Shown here: in pieces, positions 34,161 to 42,037 of the stretch | Position numbering within the stretch: the stretch's first letter is position 1 | How the letters are laid out: every line of letters starts with the position of its first letter | DNA from: a virus | Taxonomy: Duplodnaviria > Caudoviricetes | Direction: 5' to 3' (one strand) | IMG/VR virus record: IMGVR_UViG_3300037467_000887 | Location: 1-42,037 of that record | DNA: 42,037 bases | Position numbers and translations under genes: made by a program | The notes under the pieces: model-generated | The model's input: only the letters and a program-made list of their open reading frames with translations | The model's database searches: none | Told to the model about the DNA's origin: nothing

Positions 34161-34523
34161 TCAGCTCCAGGCAAGGGGGTGGATCTTGCGGCCGACCAGG
34201 GTAACGGTGAGCGCCGTGCCGGTGCCGCCGCTCGATACTGGGCGGATATACAGTGTCGTCTCGAGGATCTGCTTCAAGCCGGCGCTGGTGAACGACAGCG
34301 CCACGCCTTGCGGGTCGCGCAGCGTCTCCCAGTTGGTGCCGTCATTCGATCCCTGGATCGTGACGGTGGCGGCGCCGAACGTGCCTTCGACCTGGACCGA
34401 GCGGTCGGCGAAGTCGGTACGGTCGATCGCCACGCCGGTGTCGGCATTGCCGAGCGCCCAGGAAGCCTTGACGACCGACTGCGCACCCTGCGGGTAACTG
34501 ATGTTGGGATTGATGTTGGCCAT
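34161..34523 (-). CDS. Small beta-sandwich structural protein
   Basis: SVQV.GTF..ATVTIQGSNDGTNW motif; AAGGA RBS. Confidence 0.7.
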   Translation of the reverse strand: MANINPNISYPQGAQSVVKASWALGNADTGVAIDRTDFADRSVQVEGTFGAATVTIQGSNDGTNWETLRDPQGVALSFTSAGLKQILETTLYIRPVSSGGTGTALTVTLVGRKIHPLAWS

Positions 34524-34532
34524 GGAAAGTCC

Positions 34533-36941
34533 TTACTGTTGTGGAGCCGGGGCCGGCATGGTGAGTTGTTCGTGCAGGCGGTCCTTGTCGCCCTCGTTGG
34601 CGCGCATCTGCATCTCGGCCGACGCCAGCTGCCGCTTGGTTTCTTCCTGCATCTGGGTCTGCGCGAGCTGGCCCTTGACCTGCATCAGGGTCAGCTGCTG
34701 CTTGTTCGCGTACTCGAGCAGCGCGATGTCGCGCTTGATCTCGAGTTCTTTCAGCCGCGCCAGGTGGTTGTCCTTGGCCATCTGCGCCTCGGTATTGGCA
34801 TAGGCGAGTTCGCCCTGCATGCGCGCCTGCGCGGTTTCCTTCGAGGCTTCGGCGCGGATCTGGGTCGCCTGCACGGTGGCCTGGGCGCGCAGGATCTCGG
34901 GCGAGGGAGGCGGCGGCTGCTTCTTGATCTGCTCGATCTCGAGTTCGGACTTCAGGATGCCGGTGTGGTCGATGTGGCCGAGCTTCAAGACTTCCTTGAC
35001 CCACTTGTCCCAGTTGATGAACGGCGCCACGGCCGGCGCCCCCTGGAACTGGCCGAACTGCAACAGCGCCTGCTGCTGCATGTCGCGCGCGAGCAAGGCG
35101 GTCGAGCCGCGGGCGTCGATCTGGAAGTCGCCCTTGATCTCGGCCTTGTCGCTGTACGCCATGAAAAAGTCGTAGTAGCGACGGATGTGATTGCGGGTGA
35201 TCGCGTCGTCGTACTGCTTGCTCATGCGGGTCAAGACGACATTCGACGAGTTCATCAGCAGCTGCATGCCGCCAACCGTCTCGGGAGCGGTGCCACGCTC
35301 CCCCTGCATCAGCATGGGAACAGAGGATTCCTCGTCGGCAAACTGCAGCGCCAGCTGGATGATTTCCTCGAACTCCTTGGTGTTGTTCGGGATGTCGAAG
35401 AAGAACATCGCCTTGCTGACATCCATCGACGGATCGGTGCAGAACCAGATCTTTCTCCCGGTGAGCTGCCAGTTGCCGTCGGCCGGCTCGATGTACTCGC
35501 GCTTGATGATCGCGTTCGGACCAGTCGACAGGCCCGCGTTGTCCATCATCTGGCGCCAGGCCGCGTTCAACACCTTCTGCGCCGGGCGGCACAGGTACGG
35601 GATGCCATAGCCCCAGCACGAGCCATCGGCCTTTTCCCACTGCATGAAGTCATACGGGATATCGCCGGTATCCAGCGGGTTCAGGAAGCCCTTGACCACG
35701 ATGTCGTTGATCATGATCACGCAGCCGGAGAACGATTTCGTGGCGCTATCCGGGACATCGACGCCGCAGGCCTGCAGATCCTCGGGCGTGAATTCGCCCC
35801 AGTATTCCCACACCTCGTAGTTCGGCTCGTTGTACTGGGTTTCGCGGTCGCGCCGCTCGCGCTCGGTGGTGGTGGTCGGGATCTGCGGTCCCTTGGCCAA
35901 GACTTTGGCGATCTGGTGTTCCAGGTAGCTCGGTTGGTCGGCCAGCTCGCGCACTTGCTTGCCGGTGTAGTTCTTTTTCTCGAAGATGCCGATGCCGTTG
36001 TGCGGGTCGTCGCCGCAGGCCGGGTCGGGATAGACATTCCAGGGCGAGACGCAATAGGAGGCCGGCGCCACATGCTCGTCGATTTCGAGCACTTGGGTCT
36101 TGCCGTCCTCCATCGGGGTCCAGGATTTCGCCACGCGGGCAACCACGATCGGCCCCTTCAGGATGCCGGTGCCGAGCACGGCGCAATCGTGCAGCATGGC
36201 GCGGGACTCGGCGTTGAAGTCGCATTCGTTCAACGCATCGTCGATCTCGTTTTCCATCGCCAGCGCGCGGTTGACTGCCTCGTTCATCATGGCAATCGCG
36301 GACGGCGACGGATAGGCGGCGCGCATAGCGGCGACAACGGGCGCGAGCTGCTGGTTCGGCTGCGCCTGCATGCCGGGCGGGATGCTCTGCATCGGCTGCA
36401 TCGGCTGCATCGGCGGCTGCGGTTGTTGCGGTTGTTGCGGTTGTTGCGGTTGTTGCGGTTGCAGGGTCGGCGGAATCGGCTGCACGACCTGCCTGGTGGC
36501 TTCGGCCTTGGCGGCGGCCACCAATGAGGGATTCGGGGTCGGCTTGATGCCCCAGTTCTTGTCGTCGGTCGGGAACAGCATGTTCGCCAGCCTAGCTTCG
36601 GCGGCGAGCGTCTTCGGGCGCGTGATGTTGACGAACACGGTCGAACGCTGCACCGGCGCCTGCCCGGGCCGGGCCGAGCCGCCTTCCCGCGCCGCATCCA
36701 TCAAGGTGGGGCTCTGGGTAGCGGCATCCCGCCCGACGTACTGGTCGAGGTCATCGATCCAGCGGCGCTCGACGCCGGACGCGATCTTGGCAGCGACCCA
36801 CTTGTCGCGGCGCGCGGCCAGCTGCTCACCCAGCATTTCGAGATGATCTGGTTTGATCGCGGCCATCTCGGATGCCGTCAACGGGTCGCCCGCGCTCGGT
36901 TCCCCGGCGCTGATGACCCCTGCTTTCTCGTAGACGTCCAT
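34533..36941 (-). CDS. Portal protein
   Basis: About 800 aa downstream of terL; VNITRPK, GTGILKGP, SPWNVYPDP and WGYGIP motifs; Q-rich C-terminal barrel. Confidence 0.9.
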   Translation of the reverse strand: MDVYEKAGVISAGEPSAGDPLTASEMAAIKPDHLEMLGEQLAARRDKWVAAKIASGVERRWIDDLDQYVGRDAATQSPTLMDAAREGGSARPGQAPVQRSTVFVNITRPKTLAAEARLANMLFPTDDKNWGIKPTPNPSLVAAAKAEATRQVVQPIPPTLQPQQPQQPQQPQQPQPPMQPMQPMQSIPPGMQAQPNQQLAPVVAAMRAAYPSPSAIAMMNEAVNRALAMENEIDDALNECDFNAESRAMLHDCAVLGTGILKGPIVVARVAKSWTPMEDGKTQVLEIDEHVAPASYCVSPWNVYPDPACGDDPHNGIGIFEKKNYTGKQVRELADQPSYLEHQIAKVLAKGPQIPTTTTERERRDRETQYNEPNYEVWEYWGEFTPEDLQACGVDVPDSATKSFSGCVIMINDIVVKGFLNPLDTGDIPYDFMQWEKADGSCWGYGIPYLCRPAQKVLNAAWRQMMDNAGLSTGPNAIIKREYIEPADGNWQLTGRKIWFCTDPSMDVSKAMFFFDIPNNTKEFEEIIQLALQFADEESSVPMLMQGERGTAPETVGGMQLLMNSSNVVLTRMSKQYDDAITRNHIRRYYDFFMAYSDKAEIKGDFQIDARGSTALLARDMQQQALLQFGQFQGAPAVAPFINWDKWVKEVLKLGHIDHTGILKSELEIEQIKKQPPPPSPEILRAQATVQATQIRAEASKETAQARMQGELAYANTEAQMAKDNHLARLKELEIKRDIALLEYANKQQLTLMQVKGQLAQTQMQEETKRQLASAEMQMRANEGDKDRLHEQLTMPAPAPQQ
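36388..36462 (-). repeat. 9-bp tandem repeats encoding QPQQPQ/MQP in the portal
   Basis: GGTTGTTGC x4 (36421-36456) and TGCATCGGC x3 (36388-36414). Confidence 0.9.
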
Positions 36942-36952
36942 GCGGTTCCTGC

Positions 36953-37014
36953 AAATAAAAAGCCCCGCGTTGCTCAACCGGTCAAGTGGGACTTGACCGT
37001 CACAACGAAGGGCT
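36953..37014 (-). terminator. Long imperfect hairpin with U-tract just upstream of the portal RBS
   Basis: Nested stems AGCCC/GGGCT, CGTTG/CAACG and CGGTCAAGT/ACTTGACCG, followed by TTTTATTT. Confidence 0.6.
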
Positions 37015-37153
37015 GGTTATGGGTGCCGGCATTTCACCGGCTGGGGCCGTTATTGCCGCAGCTCAGGCCCATGTTGGGCGGGATGTCAGAAGGGTTCACA
37101 GTTAAGTGACTGATTCCGCTTTCGCGGACACTTTGCCCAACCTCCATCCCATA
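37014..37153 (-). ncRNA. Candidate tRNA-like structured RNA (140 nt) ending in ACCA
   Basis: Acceptor-like TATGGG/CCCATA + ACCA; T-arm GCCGG-TGAAATG-CCGGC; stems GTTGGGC/GCCCAAC, GGGCC/GGCCC and TCCGC-GAAA-GCGGA. Confidence 0.55.
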
Positions 37154-37221
37154 AACTGGTGGCCGTGCTGTTCCGGCCTGTCACATACGACGTATGTTCG
37201 TGATTCGCGAATCCCGAATGC

Positions 37222-38667
37222 TTAATAACCGGCGACCGGATCGAGGCATCCTAACGATGCACCATGCGCGCTGAAGCGGCGCTTCATCTCGTTGACCTTC
37301 GCGTAGCGCAGCATCATGACCGCGGTCCTGACCGATGAAATGGTGTCGTCGCCTTCCTTGACCACCTGGCCATTGACCCGGTGGTAGATCTTGAATTCTT
37401 CCCAGAAGTCGTTGAGGTGACTAAACACCTTGAAGCGGCCGGTCTGCATCCGGTCCAGCATCTCCATGATGCCCGCCTCGAAACTGTTCGATCCATCCGG
37501 CCAGGTCGCCTTCTCTGCCAGCATGTTCACGCCAGCGTCCTTGTACTGCTTCTGCAGTGCTTCGCCCGACCCCTTGTCGTGCTGCATGCCGTCATGCGGC
37601 CATGCCACCGGAATCCAGCGTCCCTTCGACATGATCACCGGCGCATGCATGGCCGGCGTGGTCAACCGCTGCTTGAACGTGTCGTAGAGGTAGATCGTGT
37701 CGGTGTCTTTGTCCCAAGCCAGCCAGGAACACGCAAAATAGTGGTCCCAGCCGAAGTCCAGCCCGGCAATCCGCGGCCAGTAATCCGGCAGCGGAAAGGG
37801 ATTCACCCGGATCATTTCCTCGGCCACCGGGAACACCGCGCCGGAACCGAGCATCGGGATGCCCTCGGAACGGGCTTTCTTCTCATGCTCGGGGTACGAC
37901 GCGACGATCTGCTGCCGCTTCTCCTCGCTGTAGTGCTCGGCGTCCCAGATCGTCATCGACGTGACGTGAGTCCCGGGCGCCTTCTCGATCAGATACCGCT
38001 TGACGACCTTCGACATGCCCAGCAGCGGCGTGAAGGTCATGAATACGCAGCCGCCTTCCCTGGCATTGGTCCGGGTCAGGCCCTCCAGGTACACATCCTC
38101 GGGGGGCTCCTCGTCGAACCAGACCCACTCGAGCGACTGGCCCTGCCACCTTTCCCGCCCCTGGTCATAGGTCTTCAGCGTGATGTGCGACAGGCCTCCC
38201 CCGACGTGCCTCACGGTGATCGACTCGACCGCATCCGGGACACCGTGCGACATGCGCTTGATCTCAACGATGCACTCGGCCGGGATCATGCCGGTGCCCC
38301 ATTCCCCTGGTGGGCCAAGCAAGATCCGCTGCACGGTGTCCCTGGTGCCCTGGCCAGTCAGCGAGGCCGCCCAGCCATTGGTCGGGGCGTCAAACTTCTT
38401 CCCTCTCCACCAGGACGGGTATCTGCCAGTGGCGTGGCAAGCCGCCTCGAACCCCGCGCACCAGGTTTTGCCGACCTGGTTGGCCGCCATCAAGAGCCGC
38501 TCGCGGTAGTGCGATCCGGCGTCGAAAAAATCCTTCTGCTTGGCGTACGGCTTGAAGTGCGCGAGCTGGTTCTCGGTGATCGACTTGAGCTTGCCCTCCA
38601 GGATCTCGACGAGCTGCGCCTTCTGACCATCGCTCATGCGGGTCAGATCTAGGTTTCTCAGGTCCAT
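37222..38667 (-). CDS. terL: Terminase large subunit
   Basis: Walker A AANQVGKT, Walker B VWFDE, motif III TFTP, nuclease GLDFGW and DD. Confidence 0.95.
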   Translation of the reverse strand: MDLRNLDLTRMSDGQKAQLVEILEGKLKSITENQLAHFKPYAKQKDFFDAGSHYRERLLMAANQVGKTWCAGFEAACHATGRYPSWWRGKKFDAPTNGWAASLTGQGTRDTVQRILLGPPGEWGTGMIPAECIVEIKRMSHGVPDAVESITVRHVGGGLSHITLKTYDQGRERWQGQSLEWVWFDEEPPEDVYLEGLTRTNAREGGCVFMTFTPLLGMSKVVKRYLIEKAPGTHVTSMTIWDAEHYSEEKRQQIVASYPEHEKKARSEGIPMLGSGAVFPVAEEMIRVNPFPLPDYWPRIAGLDFGWDHYFACSWLAWDKDTDTIYLYDTFKQRLTTPAMHAPVIMSKGRWIPVAWPHDGMQHDKGSGEALQKQYKDAGVNMLAEKATWPDGSNSFEAGIMEMLDRMQTGRFKVFSHLNDFWEEFKIYHRVNGQVVKEGDDTISSVRTAVMMLRYAKVNEMKRRFSAHGASLGCLDPVAGY

Positions 38668-38727
38668 GGGAATCAGTGCCGGGTCACCGCGGTGAAAGTG
38701 ATAAAGCCACGGCCCCGGCTGCCGGTG

Positions 38728-39048
38728 TTATTGCTCACCGCCGGCTGGAGCGCCGGGTTGCCCGGCTGGCAGTTCTTCATAAGTGTCGGCGAAGATGTCA
38801 GGCTTGCAGGAGTAAATTTCGTTTTTCACGCCGCGGATGATCCAGTCACCCTTGGAGGCAGTCATGATCCCTTCCAGCGTGAAGATCTGGAGATCCTCGC
38901 CATTGGCGTGGCGGCGTATGCAGCCGACTTCATGCAGCGGCTTCTCGAACGCCTCCCACAGCCAATCCGGGATATCATCCTTGCCAACCGTCCAAAGGCC
39001 AACGTACTGGACCGCTTCGATCTCGACCGGCTTCTTGCGGAATCTCAT
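38728..39048 (-). CDS. Conserved phage protein (RKKPVEIEAVQ family)
   Basis: MRFRKKPVEIEAVQ...TLEG.M.A..GDWII.G...E.Y.CKPDIF..TYE. Confidence 0.85.
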   Translation of the reverse strand: MRFRKKPVEIEAVQYVGLWTVGKDDIPDWLWEAFEKPLHEVGCIRRHANGEDLQIFTLEGIMTASKGDWIIRGVKNEIYSCKPDIFADTYEELPAGQPGAPAGGEQ

Positions 39049-39170
39049 GCTTCCTCCAGAAACGTCATCAGGCCGATGGCCACCAGGAAGCCGAGCCAGA
39101 TCATGTCGGTCAGCCAACCAACCAGGCAGCCGATCAGGGCACAGGCGATGATGTAGGCGTACTCGTTCAT
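39045..39170 (-). CDS. Small membrane protein
   Basis: 41 aa with two hydrophobic stretches; start and stop overlap the neighbours. Confidence 0.55.
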   Translation of the reverse strand: MNEYAYIIACALIGCLVGWLTDMIWLGFLVAIGLMTFLEEA

Positions 39171-39571
39171 TACAGGCAGAGGCGGCGGTTCAGACTCTCG
39201 ACGCCCAGGCCGATGCGGCGTGCCGTCTCTTCCAGGCACATCAGACGGCCTTCCAGGCCACAGCTGAAGGAAGGAATTGAGCCCGGCTGCTTCGCAGTCT
39301 CGCCCTCCTCGCACTTCAGCACCGACTCCAGACGGTCCGATAACTGGAGCACCTCATGCTCCAGCGCCGCCAGATTCTTGGCCACGCGCTCGAACGCCTG
39401 GTCGATCGGCGACAAATCGCGCAGCTTCTGTTCGTTGGCGAAGCCCATTGCCGCCTGCTTCATGGCGATGTCCTGCGCCTGCTGCATCATGGCCGCATCG
39501 GCATAGCCCATGCCGCCACCGGCACAGTTACCGCTCCCCCGGACTAAGCCAGGGAGTCCTTCGTTGTACAT
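39170..39571 (-). CDS. Hypothetical coiled-coil protein
   Basis: AAAGGA RBS; 133 aa. Confidence 0.7.
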   Translation of the reverse strand: MYNEGLPGLVRGSGNCAGGGMGYADAAMMQQAQDIAMKQAAMGFANEQKLRDLSPIDQAFERVAKNLAALEHEVLQLSDRLESVLKCEEGETAKQPGSIPSFSCGLEGRLMCLEETARRIGLGVESLNRRLCL

Positions 39572-39650
39572 GCCATTTCCTTTCGGTTAGTTGAACGAGT
39601 GATAAGGTCCGAATTTCTCGGAAAATTTTTTCGTTTTGGGTACACAGGTG

Positions 39651-39836
39651 CTATGCCCTTTGGTTCCACACAGCCGCGGCAGACTCTTCTGCCATCTCGG
39701 CATCCTCTTCGCTGCTGAAGAAAACCGGCGGTCCTTCCGTACTGCATTTCAGGCACCGCACCCGTGCCGATTCCGATTTCCCATCGATCACGGCTGGCCC
39801 GTTGCAGAATGGGCAAGGCTTCAAGTTTTCGGCCAT
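39651..39836 (-). CDS. Lar-family restriction-alleviation (zinc-ribbon) protein
   Basis: LKPCPFC...VRCLKC...AAVWNQR signature. Confidence 0.8.
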   Translation of the reverse strand: MAENLKPCPFCNGPAVIDGKSESARVRCLKCSTEGPPVFFSSEEDAEMAEESAAAVWNQRA

Positions 39837-39872
39837 TTCTTTTTTCGGAGAGTTGAATACACAGGTGGAACC

Positions 39873-40075
39873 TATGCGCGTGCGTGCGTGTACGCGCGTG
39901 CGTGCGCGGGGGTGTACGGGGGCGGGGGTGCGCTTGTTACCCCCTGGGGGGTGTTTTTGCCTGGGCACCTGGGCGCTGGCCTGGGCCGCGGCCGAGCCGA
40001 CTTGGCTTGACTCGCGCGAGCCTGGGCTCATGCCTCACATCGCATGTGGGTATATATGTGTATGCGTGTGTGTAT
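39873..40075. other. Low-complexity non-coding region, candidate packaging-initiation (pac) region
   Basis: 36-bp and 26-bp alternating purine-pyrimidine tracts, four G5-6 runs and CCCCCTGGGGG, immediately downstream of terS. Confidence 0.4.
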
Positions 40076-40148
40076 TACATTGCGATGCAACACACTATGA
40101 AGAGTGTCGCGAAATGCGGGGTTGTATCGACGGCGCTGCTGCGCTGCG

Positions 40149-40775
40149 TCATTTGCCCTGCTCGTGCTTGCTGACCTGCGCGATCAGGTGCTTGAGGCGC
40201 TGGTCGAGCTGGTCGCTGGTGTATTTCACCTCGCCGGTATGCTCGATCACCTGATGGTCGCCGTACTGTTTCGGCAACAGCCGGCTCATGATCCACTGCC
40301 GCGTGTTGATCTTGACCTTCAGCGCCGCCACCCTGACTGGATCTTTGGCACGGTCCAGCTCATCCATGTCCTCTTCCAGCAGCTCCGCATGCCCTGCGCT
40401 GCGCATCTGCAGTGCCACCGTATAAGCCTGCGCCAGCAGCGTGTTCTCCCCGCACCAGCGCAGAATCGTCACCCGGCTCGGCATCCCCTCTTCCTTGCAG
40501 ATCGCGTTCATGCTCTCGCCCGCCGCAATCCGCCGGAATACCTCTTCCGCCAGCTCCTCGCGTGTGCGCGCGATACTTGATACAGAGGTTGGACAGTGGT
40601 TCTGCGCATCTGCTTGGCCTGATGCTACAAGCTGGCTCTCCCCACTCTGTGCTACAGGCAGGTTTGCGCTTGTCTGCTCTGATGCTACAGTCAGTGCATT
40701 GGCTATTGTGTCTCCTGCCTGTGCATACTCAGTTGGGTAAGGATGCTGTCCTTCCATGTGTTGGTTATCGCTCAT
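40149..40775 (-). CDS. terS: Terminase small subunit (Sf6 gp1-like)
   Basis: IAAGES...IC....MPSR.TILRW...Y..A, KV.I.TRQW.MS.L.PK.YGD and EHTG motifs. Confidence 0.85.
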   Translation of the reverse strand: MSDNQHMEGQHPYPTEYAQAGDTIANALTVASEQTSANLPVAQSGESQLVASGQADAQNHCPTSVSSIARTREELAEEVFRRIAAGESMNAICKEEGMPSRVTILRWCGENTLLAQAYTVALQMRSAGHAELLEEDMDELDRAKDPVRVAALKVKINTRQWIMSRLLPKQYGDHQVIEHTGEVKYTSDQLDQRLKHLIAQVSKHEQGK

Positions 40776-40954
40776 GGGATATTCCCCAAGATGAGTGCTT
40801 GGTTACTAAGCAAGCCGTGAACGTGCAGGATGAGTTGACGGTTGTTCTCTGCTATGCGGTGCAGCATGGCTTGATGCTCTTTGGCCTGCTGCTCTTCCAG
40901 CTCCCTGGCTGTGACATCCCAGAGTGTGGCTTCACGCTCTTGATTATTCGACAT
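40772..40954 (-). CDS. Hypothetical protein
   Basis: GAGG RBS; stop overlaps the terS start. Confidence 0.55.
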   Translation of the reverse strand: MSNNQEREATLWDVTARELEEQQAKEHQAMLHRIAENNRQLILHVHGLLSNQALILGNIP

Positions 40955-41288
40955 AACCTGCCTCATCAAGCATTCTCTTCAGGTTCTCTACGCTGTTAGC
41001 GAATGAGGCGAATTGCTGGTTTATCTGCTCCCTAGCCTGTGCTCCCTTGCGCATGCCTGCCTTGAATGCTTCTCTTGCCACGTCCTTGGCCAGCCAATGT
41101 CTGAACTGACCACTGTTCTCCTTCAACCATGCATCGAACTCGGCATCGCTTATGCTGACATGCGCCTTGAGTGCATTGACTGGCTGTTGCGCGTACAGCT
41201 CCTGGCTGCATTGCCTGCACAATCCAGGCCCGCCACAGCGCGCCTTGCTGCCATCAGGGTTGGGTGTAACGTGTCCGTGTCCGCTCAT
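40944..41288 (-). CDS. Hypothetical protein with N-terminal HGHV...RCGGPGLC..C Zn-finger-like motif
   Basis: MSGHGHVTPNPDGSKARCGGPGLCRQC. Confidence 0.7.
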   Translation of the reverse strand: MSGHGHVTPNPDGSKARCGGPGLCRQCSQELYAQQPVNALKAHVSISDAEFDAWLKENSGQFRHWLAKDVAREAFKAGMRKGAQAREQINQQFASFANSVENLKRMLDEAGYVE

Positions 41289-41295
41289 CTTGTAC

Positions 41296-41457
41296 TCACT
41301 TCACCACTGCCAGACAGGCGCTCTGGTTCCACTTGGCACCGTAGAACTCTTTATCGATCTGCAGCTCTTCCAGCACCCATGTGATCGCTACGTTTGGATA
41401 AATCGTGTCTACCTCATACATGCGCAGCTTCCCATTGACGCGGCAATAGACTCTCAT
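41296..41457 (-). CDS. Hypothetical protein (53 aa, below ORF-track cutoff)
   Basis: Manual translation MRVYCRVNGKLRMYEVDTIYPNVAITWVLEELQIDKEFYGAKWNQSACLAVVK fills the gap in the operon. Confidence 0.5.
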   Translation of the reverse strand: MRVYCRVNGKLRMYEVDTIYPNVAITWVLEELQIDKEFYGAKWNQSACLAVVK

Positions 41458-41512
41458 TGGATGTGGCAGGATGTGAGAAGGGAAACCAGCGCAATGATCA
41501 GCCAGATGATAA

Positions 41513-41740
41513 TCACGCCGCAGAGAGGATTAAACATACGGCAAACACAATTGCGCCAACGATGAATGGATTGGCCTTTGGCTTGGGCCTGAGCCCAGGA
41601 TATGCCTCATAGATGTCGATCTCAGGCCGCTCGCTCATGGTGAATTCCCACGATGCAGGGAGATTGTCGCCATAGCGTTGGCCATAGTAGCCATACTTGT
41701 CGATCAGATCATCTGGTGACATGTAGTTGTCTTCGCTCAT
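41513..41740 (-). CDS. Hypothetical protein with C-terminal TM segment
   Basis: GGAAG upstream of ATG at 41740; C-terminal FIVGAIVFAVCLIL. Confidence 0.55.
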   Translation of the reverse strand: MSEDNYMSPDDLIDKYGYYGQRYGDNLPASWEFTMSERPEIDIYEAYPGLRPKPKANPFIVGAIVFAVCLILSAA

Positions 41741-41881
41741 AGGACGATCTTCCTTCCCGATAACCAGTCCTGATAGGCTGCATGTGGCGTCAAGCCCCAC
41801 CCAGAACGCCCAAAGACATCGGAGCATATCCATAGTGGATGATCACGATGCCCCCACTTCTGCAACCTTGGTTTTGTTGGA

Positions 41882-42037
41882 TCAATAACCATTCGGTTGA
41901 CTCCGCTTGGCAGCGAGCTGATTCCAGTATTGCTGCGCCTGCTGATCGCTCATGGGCGCATTGTCATCGCCCTCGCCCTTCTCCTGCTCCAGCATCTGGC
42001 GCGCTACATCCAACGCCTCATCGACGCTGCTGGTGTC
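41882..42037 (-). CDS. 3' end of a hypothetical protein truncated by the window edge
   Basis: Open frame DTSSVDEALDVARQMLEQEKGEGDD...PNGY*. Confidence 0.55.
   Translation of the reverse strand, partial: DTSSVDEALDVARQMLEQEKGEGDDNAPMSDQQAQQYWNQLAAKRSQPNGY

Larger units (their letters stand above)
1..42037. mobile_element. Temperate podovirus-like phage genome segment (att site, accessory genes, lysis, ejection, tail, head and packaging modules)
   Basis: Contiguous terS-terL-portal-scaffold-capsid-adaptor-nozzle-fibre-ejection-lysis gene order on the - strand. No tape measure, sheath or tube genes. tRNA-derived att core at the left end. Confidence 0.95.

Noticed and set aside
37085-37140. c-di-GMP-I riboswitch (GGGCAAA...GAAA hairpin on the - strand)
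   Set aside because: The downstream GACGCAAAG and P2 consensus are missing; the segment fits better as an arm of the tRNA-like element

Overview
This window is about 42 kb of a temperate, podovirus-like (short-tailed) dsDNA phage genome of roughly 63-65% GC (estimated by eye). The host is probably a Burkholderiales bacterium, judged from the tRNA-Arg(ACG) att core. The left end is an attP-like site: the 3' half of tRNA-Arg(ACG) with GAATAGGACA arm-type repeats on both sides. Eight + strand accessory genes follow, including two NinX/DUF2591 paralogs, a DUF551 protein and an Ig-domain lipoprotein. From 4.4 kb onward everything is on the - strand. In transcription order it runs: terS, a pac-like low-complexity region, Lar and small genes, terL, a structured tRNA-like non-coding element, portal, an inserted fibre-like module, scaffold, N4-gp56-type major capsid, decoration/adaptor/nozzle genes, a tail fibre with an S74 chaperone, a 2008-aa multi-carbohydrate-enzyme adhesin, ejection proteins (including a 2136-aa polyvalent protein) and a lysis cassette. 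Four things stand out: (1) the 2008-aa adhesin, whose GH16, SGNH, beta-helix and clan GH-A domains are nested inside one another as paired dead and live copies; (2) a 140-nt CCA-ending tRNA-like RNA between terL and portal; (3) a probable overprinted gene inside the giant ejection protein; (4) a hendecad-repeat pilot-like protein. All family assignments come from motif recognition by eye, not from database searches.
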